Shown piece by piece: positions 57,761 to 64,000 of a DNA stretch of 64,000 nucleotides. The notes beneath the pieces are model-generated. The model did no database searches. It was not told the origin of the DNA and saw only the letters and a program-made list of their open reading frames with translations. The stretch is from NCBI GenBank assembly GCA_963677925.2, contig CAXXYH010000003.1:1344001-1408000 (forward strand). Reading direction: 5' to 3'. Numbering within the stretch: position 1 is the stretch's first letter; each line of letters starts with the position of its first letter. Made by a program: the position numbers and the translations under genes. The DNA is from Spirochaetia bacterium (GTDB lineage Bacteria; Spirochaetota; Spirochaetia; UBA9216).

Positions 57761-59776
57761 CTAAGCTTTCATAACTGCTTCACGGGCATCAGCTATTGCA
57801 TCCATAGCTTTACGCGGCTTGCTGGAGTCGCCGATTTGAACAAGAACATTTGGAATCATAGTTTTTAATTTTTCTGCGAGATCATTTTCCGGCCTGGAAC
57901 CTATTGCAAGAACAACTGTGTCAGCAGGAATATTCTTGGTTGTTCCATCTTCTGTATTTTCTACTGTCACAGAATCTTTCTGTATCGAAACTACTTTTGA
58001 GTTTGTATGTCTCCATACTTTGAAGCGGCTTAGATTGCTCATAAATATCCACTTTGTTGAAGCACCGATATCTGCACCTATTTTCTTCTGCATTTCTACT
58101 ATCGCTACTTTTTTGCTTCCCTGAGTAATAAGTTCATATAATCTTTCAGGTGTTTCGGCTTTATAAAGCATAAGGAATTTCAAAACCTCAGCAGAGATAG
58201 TACCCTCTTCAGCAAGCATCAAGGCAGTTTCAACACCTACAGCACCGCCTCCGACAACAACTACATTCTTACCGGTGTTAACTTTTCCCCTTAAGACATC
58301 CCAGGCTGATACTACATTTGCACCTTCTTCGGTAGGAAACTTCGGAATTATTGGTGCGGCACCTGTGGCAATAACTACACGTTTAAAATATCCGCTTACG
58401 ACAGCTGCGTTAATTTCTTCTGCAATAGCTTCTTTGTTAAACTGAAATGAAACCCCGGCATCAAGACATTCTTCATACTGATTAACCGGAAGTTCGGCAA
58501 AGGCTTCTCTTCCGGGTGCTGCAGCTACCATATCCATCTGTCCGCCGAAAGTGCTTTTTCGTTCCCAGACTGTCACAGTAGATCCAGCCTTGGCAGCCCG
58601 CAGAGCGTATTCCATACCTGCGACTCCGGCTCCGATAACAAGTGTAGGTTCCGGAGTGTGATTATTTTCATCCATCTCTCTGCCTGCATCACTATTGGCA
58701 AGACAGCACAGAGGAGCGTTGGCAAAAATATTATCCATACAGCCCTGATTACATCCAACACATTGTCTGACAAGTTCAGGATGACCGACAGCCATCTTAT
58801 TTACCATTTCCGGGTCAGCAATAAATGCACGGCAGAATCCGATAAAGTCAGCATCGCCACGATCAAGGATTGCTGATGCGGTTTCAAAATTCATTCTGTT
58901 ACATGCATACACCGGCACTGAGACCTGCTCTTTAACCCTTTTTGCAAGGTAAGCGTATGCGCCGTTTGGTACATCCATAGTTACCTGCGGGACTGGAGTT
59001 TCATGCCATCCGCCGGTTATATTAAGAGCATCAACACCAAGCTTCTCAAGTTCTTTAGCAACACGGATACAATCATCATTATCATTTCCATTGCGGACAT
59101 AGTCGTTTCCGGCAAGTCTTACAGCAATAGGATAATCAGGTCCGACAGCATTTCTGACAGCCTGGAAAATTTCTCTAAGGAAAGTCATTCTTCCATCAAG
59201 GAATCCGCCGTATTTATCAGTTCTGAAGTTTGTTGCGGATGAAAGGAACTGTGCAATCAAATACCCGGCACTGCCGACAAGCTCGACACCATCAAAGCCG
59301 ACATCTTTTGCTCTCTTGGCTGCATCCGCAAAGTTCTTGATTATTTCTTCAATTTCTTCAATTTCAAGAGCTCTTGTTTTAGAGCGGCTGAATCCACAGA
59401 AAAACTCAGAAGGTGCTACAGGAGTCTCGCCGTTGTAAACGACCGGGTTTGAATAAGCACCTGCATGCCAGAGCTGTGGAAAAACTTTTCCTCCAGCTTC
59501 ATGAATAGCATCCACCAGGTCTTTCATTCCCGGCATGTTTGAATCACTCGAGAGCTGCATTACTCCGGCAGTTGTAACTCTTAAGGGATCTACACCTACC
59601 GCTCCAACAACCATAAGACCGACACCGCCGGCTGCTCTTTTTTTATAAAATTCAATAAGTCTTGGGGTGACATTACCTTCTTTCGTACAGTATGAAAGGT
59701 TAGCAGGGGTCATCACAAAACGGTTTTTCAATTCAAGATTCCCGATTTTACCGGGCTGTAATAAAGATTCGTACAT
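57761..59776 (-). CDS. FMN/FAD/[4Fe-4S] oxidoreductase of the 2,4-dienoyl-CoA reductase / enoate reductase (OYE) family
   Basis: LKNRFVM, QLWHAG, GSAGYLIAQFLS, NFRTDKYGG, CVGCNQGC...C, two GxGxxG motifs. Confidence 0.9.
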   Translation of the reverse strand: MYESLLQPGKIGNLELKNRFVMTPANLSYCTKEGNVTPRLIEFYKKRAAGGVGLMVVGAVGVDPLRVTTAGVMQLSSDSNMPGMKDLVDAIHEAGGKVFPQLWHAGAYSNPVVYNGETPVAPSEFFCGFSRSKTRALEIEEIEEIIKNFADAAKRAKDVGFDGVELVGSAGYLIAQFLSSATNFRTDKYGGFLDGRMTFLREIFQAVRNAVGPDYPIAVRLAGNDYVRNGNDNDDCIRVAKELEKLGVDALNITGGWHETPVPQVTMDVPNGAYAYLAKRVKEQVSVPVYACNRMNFETASAILDRGDADFIGFCRAFIADPEMVNKMAVGHPELVRQCVGCNQGCMDNIFANAPLCCLANSDAGREMDENNHTPEPTLVIGAGVAGMEYALRAAKAGSTVTVWERKSTFGGQMDMVAAAPGREAFAELPVNQYEECLDAGVSFQFNKEAIAEEINAAVVSGYFKRVVIATGAAPIIPKFPTEEGANVVSAWDVLRGKVNTGKNVVVVGGGAVGVETALMLAEEGTISAEVLKFLMLYKAETPERLYELITQGSKKVAIVEMQKKIGADIGASTKWIFMSNLSRFKVWRHTNSKVVSIQKDSVTVENTEDGTTKNIPADTVVLAIGSRPENDLAEKLKTMIPNVLVQIGDSSKPRKAMDAIADAREAVMKA

Positions 59777-59829
59777 TATATTTCTAAGCTCCTTATTTCT
59801 ATTGGTTTATTTTCAATTCAGACAAATGC

Positions 59830-61407
59830 TTAAAGTGTAAAATCAAAATATTTTGAATCCATCACCTTTACGTCATCAGCTACTTGTGGTGCGAAATCCA
59901 TATTGTCTAAAATATCTTTCTGCAGATCTATTCCAGGTGCAACTTCAGTAAGCAGTAAGCCTTCTGATGTGAGCTTAAAAACACAGCGTTCGGTAATATA
60001 AATTACATCCTGCTCTTTTTCATTTGCAAACTCTCCTGAGAAAGAGATCTGTTCTACATTGCTTACGAATTTTTTAGATGTACCTTCTTTTACAATATTC
60101 AGTTTGCCGTTTTCGAATTTCAGTTCCATATCTTTTCCGTCCATGAAACTTGTAAGAAATACAACCTTATTATTTCCCTGTGTAAGATTAATAAATCCGC
60201 CGACGCCGATAATGATTTTACCGACCTTACTTACTCCAACATCTCCTGAAGGTCCAATCTGGGCCGCACCTACATATACACCGTCAAGGTTTCCCCCGTC
60301 ATAGAAATCAAACATTGAGGGCATTGTGGTAATCATCTGAGCATTTATAGTAGCACCGAAACCGGGAACAGGAAGAGGCACTCCGCCTATCAACCCAACT
60401 TCATTGGTCATGACAATGTTATCCCATTCGCCGCTCTCGGTTGCTATAGTTGAAATAAGTCCGGGTATACCAACACCAAGATTAATAACATCTCCGGTTT
60501 TTATTTCATCGTAAGCTCTTCTTGCTATGATGTACTGATCATATCGTTTTTTATTTCCGGGGATTATCGATACCATTTTCTCAATGTAAGGAACAACTTT
60601 AGCTTCAGGAAGAACACCGTCTCCGCTTAGTGCAGGCTGATTTTTTTCAAACACACACTGCATCTGGTTTGGATTGATTACCAGATAATCCACAACCTTT
60701 CCCGGAAGCTGTACTGTCTTTGCAGAGAATCTCCTTTCAGATCTTCTCTCTACCTGTACTACTACAACACCGCCATTAGCCTTGGTAGCCATAGCGATTT
60801 CTTTTGCATCAACAAATGCGGCTTCATCTGTAAAAGAAATGTTCCCTCTTTCATCAGCTGCAGTTCCAGCGATAAAAGCGATATCAATTTTCGGAGTCGT
60901 GTATTGAAGATATTCCTCACCGTCTACTTCAATAAGCTTTGAAATATCTGCTACAGATTCTGCTTTTTCATTAAGCCTCGCACCATTGTTACGCGGGTCA
61001 ACTGAAGTCTTAAGTCCAACCTGACTTATGATTGCCGGTTTTTTCCCTGCGGCAGCTCTATACAGATGTGAGATAACTCCCTGCGGCAGATTAAATCCTG
61101 CAACTTTATTTTCACCAACCATTCGTGCAAGCGAAGGCAGTGAACTGAACTGTCCCATATATACTGTATCTACAAGTCCCTCGGCATCCTGAAACATTGC
61201 ATCAGTGTACGCACCGGGACGGGCTATCCCTAAAGAAGTAGCTCCCCACAAAGTAAGCCCCTTCGGTGATTTAGTTTCCCTGTAACGATTACCTAGCGAG
61301 GTTGCAAGCAGATCCGGATTACAGACTGTGCAGACGCCATTAATTGAGATAACATCATTGTCGCTTACAAGATTTGCCGCCTCATCGGCTGAAATTATTT
61401 TTGCCAT
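59830..61407 (-). CDS. Family I acyl-CoA:acetate CoA-transferase, fused (YdiF/Pct-like)
   Basis: NLPQG, VGLKTSVDPR, ADERGN, INLGVGIP, NEVG catalytic Glu, FDFYDGG, GGFINL, YITERCVF. Confidence 0.92.
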   Translation of the reverse strand: MAKIISADEAANLVSDNDVISINGVCTVCNPDLLATSLGNRYRETKSPKGLTLWGATSLGIARPGAYTDAMFQDAEGLVDTVYMGQFSSLPSLARMVGENKVAGFNLPQGVISHLYRAAAGKKPAIISQVGLKTSVDPRNNGARLNEKAESVADISKLIEVDGEEYLQYTTPKIDIAFIAGTAADERGNISFTDEAAFVDAKEIAMATKANGGVVVVQVERRSERRFSAKTVQLPGKVVDYLVINPNQMQCVFEKNQPALSGDGVLPEAKVVPYIEKMVSIIPGNKKRYDQYIIARRAYDEIKTGDVINLGVGIPGLISTIATESGEWDNIVMTNEVGLIGGVPLPVPGFGATINAQMITTMPSMFDFYDGGNLDGVYVGAAQIGPSGDVGVSKVGKIIIGVGGFINLTQGNNKVVFLTSFMDGKDMELKFENGKLNIVKEGTSKKFVSNVEQISFSGEFANEKEQDVIYITERCVFKLTSEGLLLTEVAPGIDLQKDILDNMDFAPQVADDVKVMDSKYFDFTL

Positions 61408-61523
61408 AGCACTCTTGTATGAGTGTCCATACAGAACCCATACTTCTCCTTATAATAGAATTCCTGAATTTTAAAATATTCATTTATTGAATCATTTACT
61501 TATCTTCAGGATGGTGCTAATAG

Positions 61524-61539
61524 TGCAATTTATATGCCA
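61524..61539 (-). promoter_or_regulatory. Sigma54 -24/-12 promoter of the CoA-dependent operon
   Basis: TGGCATATAAATTGCA, 15/16 identical to the GRE promoter. Confidence 0.88.
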
Positions 61540-61699
61540 GTTTTCATTTTGGATTTTAAATGACGAAGGTTTCTTTAATATTTAATATATTTTAATCTGA
61601 TTTTTGTGATTTTAAGGCTTTATTCCTGTTTAAGTTTTTTTATGTATCTTTTTTTTATTTATAAATGTAACATCTGTAATTTTAACACAATAAAGGCGT

Positions 61700-61725
61700 T
61701 TAACATTTTGAAACACTTTGCAACA
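61700..61725. promoter_or_regulatory. Putative enhancer (UAS) for the CoA operon promoter
   Basis: TTAACATTTTGAAACACTTTGCAACA, with 10-bp periodic TG(A/C)AACA units about 170 bp from the -24 box. Confidence 0.55.
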
Positions 61726-61730
61726 TTAAT

Positions 61731-61769
61731 AAAAAAAAGCTTATTGTAAATATTCATTACAATAAGCTT
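61731..61769 (-). terminator. Intrinsic terminator of the enhancer-binding protein gene
   Basis: AAGCTTATTGTAA / TTACAATAAGCTT stem plus an 8-nt U-tract on the minus strand. Confidence 0.7.
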
Positions 61770-61795
61770 CTTGTTTAGCTTTTTTTAGCTTTTTA

Positions 61796-63235
61796 TCACT
61801 TATGAATTAATAAATCTTCAGAATCTTCAGTTTTTAAAAGTTTCCTGTATAACGTAGTTCGTGATATCCCAAGTTTTTCAGCAGCAGCCTTCCTGTTTCC
61901 GTTAGTTTCAACCAATGCTTCAAGTATTTTTTCCCGCTCAATGTGTTTGTATTCATCTATAACTGCACGTTCATCAAAAGAATTATCCGGACTTTCCCGT
62001 CTTCTCACATCCGCCATAATCATATCTTCTCCTATGAGAAGATTTTCAAGCAGTACAGGAGTAATTAAACTTCTTTCCGTAAGAACAACAATTTTTTCAA
62101 TTATATTTCTCAATTCCCTGACATTTCCGGGCCAGGAATAATTCTCGAAATATTTATAAGTATCCTTTGATAACTGAACATATTTATTATACAAGTTATT
62201 TAATATAGCAATGTAATGTTTTGCCAGCGGAATTATGTCTTCTTTCCTCTCACGGAGGGGTGGAATATCAATAAATATTACACCGATTCGGTATAGTAAA
62301 TCTTCCCTGAAAAGATTTTCCCTTACCATCTTTTTTAAATCTTTATTTGTGGCTGCAATAAAACGTACGTTCAGCTCAATTGTTTTAACACCGCCTACTC
62401 TTGTAAATTTCCTGCTTTCAAGGACTCTCAGCAATTTAACCTGAAGATCCATAGGAATATCACCAATCTCATCAAGAAAAACAGTCCCTCCTTCGGCAGA
62501 TTCAAGTAGACCTATATGTCCTGAATTTGATGCACTGGTAAAAGCTCCTTTCTCATAACCAAATAATTCAGACTCCATTAAAGAAGGTGACATTTGAGGA
62601 ATACAGACAGGAACAAAAGGCTTCTCTTTACGGGGGCTGTTTTCGTGAAGAAGTTTGGCAATAATCTCTTTCCCCACTCCCGACTCGCCGGTTATTACAA
62701 CGCTGGCATCAGAAGCAGCTATTTTCATTGTATTCTTAACAATGCGCTTCATTAGTTCATCTTCAAAAACCGGTGTATTGTGTTTTCTAAGAAGATAATC
62801 ATAAAGATATTCATTTGATTTCTGTAAATAGGTCATATTATGCCGAAGTTTATCAACATCTTCCATCAACTCATCAGCAACCATGCAATAAGTAACGACT
62901 GTCTTTACTTTATTATTTTCATCCTTAACCACTTTACTATGCGAGTATACCCATTGGTCGTCTATAGCATGAAAGAGTTCCTTTGAATCTTCTCCAATCC
63001 GGAACGCCTTTTCACTGGCTGAAGAATTGTAATACTTTTCTTTAATTAAATCAGTAGAGCCTTTTCCTTCGACATCTGAGGGATTCAGTCTTAAGTGTTT
63101 AAGAAACTGTTCACTGACACAAAGGAATTTACCATCAGCTCCCCGAACGGTTATAGGTATCATTTCAGATAATTTATTGAGAATCAATTTGTTTATTTCG
63201 TTAATTTCACTTTCAGTCATCCTAAAATAATTCAT
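61796..63235 (-). CDS. Sigma54-dependent enhancer-binding protein (PAS-like + AAA+ + Fis HTH)
   Basis: GESGVGKE, ESELFGYEKGAFTSA, FLDEIGD, FREDLLYR, WPGNVREL, AAEKLGISRTTLYRKL. Confidence 0.95.
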   Translation of the reverse strand: MNYFRMTESEINEINKLILNKLSEMIPITVRGADGKFLCVSEQFLKHLRLNPSDVEGKGSTDLIKEKYYNSSASEKAFRIGEDSKELFHAIDDQWVYSHSKVVKDENNKVKTVVTYCMVADELMEDVDKLRHNMTYLQKSNEYLYDYLLRKHNTPVFEDELMKRIVKNTMKIAASDASVVITGESGVGKEIIAKLLHENSPRKEKPFVPVCIPQMSPSLMESELFGYEKGAFTSASNSGHIGLLESAEGGTVFLDEIGDIPMDLQVKLLRVLESRKFTRVGGVKTIELNVRFIAATNKDLKKMVRENLFREDLLYRIGVIFIDIPPLRERKEDIIPLAKHYIAILNNLYNKYVQLSKDTYKYFENYSWPGNVRELRNIIEKIVVLTERSLITPVLLENLLIGEDMIMADVRRRESPDNSFDERAVIDEYKHIEREKILEALVETNGNRKAAAEKLGISRTTLYRKLLKTEDSEDLLIHK

Positions 63236-63335
63236 AAGACATCCAAGAACTCCAGTGTTATTGTAAAATTACACGGACATTATAGCACGCCTTTTTTTAT
63301 CTGTTAATTTTTTCTTATAGATTCTAATATTTATT

Positions 63336-63953
63336 TCATGCAATAAAAATATTAAATATTACTATAATACCAAGTATAACAAGAAGACTTCCAAGCAAAT
63401 AATTTAAGACTGTATATATCTTTACTGTTATAAATCTTCTAAAAACCACAACAAGAAGACTTAAACCGCTCCACCAGAAAACAGTACCCGTAATTATCCC
63501 GCAGATCAAAAGTATTCCATTTTGAACAGAAAGGTTGTCGCTGACATTGAAAGCAGCAAAAGCTACGAGAAAAGAAAGTATAGTAGCCGGATTCATAATT
63601 GCAATTAAAAATGAAATAGAAAACTGCTTTGACAGTCCTTTTACAGATACATCTTCAGATTTTTTAATTTCCTTTTTTCGGAAATTAAGCATCCCCATGA
63701 TTATTAAGACCAGAGCACCTGCTATCCCAAACTCAGAACTGAACTTAAGCAAAAAATCTGAAATTATGGAAACACTGAATACGGTTAAAATTGAATAGAA
63801 AAGATCCGCGGCTGAGGATCCAAGTCCTGTAAACAGACCGGACAGAAACCCGTTCCTTAAAGTATTGTTTATCGTTAATACACCAATAGCTCCGGCAGGG
63901 ACTCCGAAGACTATTCCCATTAACAACCCCCTGACAAAATAACTTGCTATCAT
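63336..63953 (-). CDS. LysE-family translocator
   Basis: PAGAIG, GLGSSAAD, MNPATI; about 6 TM segments. Confidence 0.85.
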   Translation of the reverse strand: MIASYFVRGLLMGIVFGVPAGAIGVLTINNTLRNGFLSGLFTGLGSSAADLFYSILTVFSVSIISDFLLKFSSEFGIAGALVLIIMGMLNFRKKEIKKSEDVSVKGLSKQFSISFLIAIMNPATILSFLVAFAAFNVSDNLSVQNGILLICGIITGTVFWWSGLSLLVVVFRRFITVKIYTVLNYLLGSLLVILGIIVIFNIFIA

Positions 63954-64000
63954 AATTTATACGATCAAACCCTTGCGATCAGGGAATTCATTTCTGCCCT

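Noticed and set aside
1-64000. CRISPR arrays, tRNA/rRNA genes, IS elements, prophage or defence genes
   Set aside because: No regularly spaced repeats, RNA gene signatures, transposase, integrase or phage motifs were recognised. The repeats found are paralogous genes, operators and terminators.

Overview
Bacterial chromosomal window, most likely from an anaerobic free-living spirochaete. This is inferred from spirochaete-style signal peptides (AGGVKE, AQGAGEK), many lipoboxes and a spirochaete-type CheY. No rRNA, tRNA, CRISPR array or transposase was recognised. Left to right: (1) a cobalamin-riboswitch-controlled B12 uptake operon in which btuB, btuF and btuC are accompanied by three lipoproteins, two resembling Bacteroides BtuG and BtuH; (2) a frameshifted sensor kinase, an MCP and a LuxR/MFS/aryl-alcohol dehydrogenase/aldehyde dehydrogenase unit; (3) housekeeping-type genes including an SPL-like radical SAM-hflX operon and the methanogen-type sulfide-dependent homocysteine synthesis trio; (4) an AraC(YqhC-like) locus where two operons share the same 21-bp-periodic tandem operator and each carries an exported DUF362 + DUF318 permease + cyclophilin-like set; (5) an AT-richer ~24 kb region that reads as one sigma54 regulon. 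It has three near-consensus -24/-12 promoters with a shared upstream motif and an enhancer-binding protein. These promoters drive an atypical glycyl radical enzyme (CGCLD Cys loop, no adjacent activase) with a carboxylate carrier, an orphan solute-binding lipoprotein, and an 11-12 gene CoA-dependent operon combining a 2-hydroxyacyl-CoA dehydratase system with an enoate/dienoyl-CoA reductase and beta-oxidation enzymes. Region 5 is the best candidate for an undescribed pathway. All family assignments come from motif recognition by eye, with no database searches.
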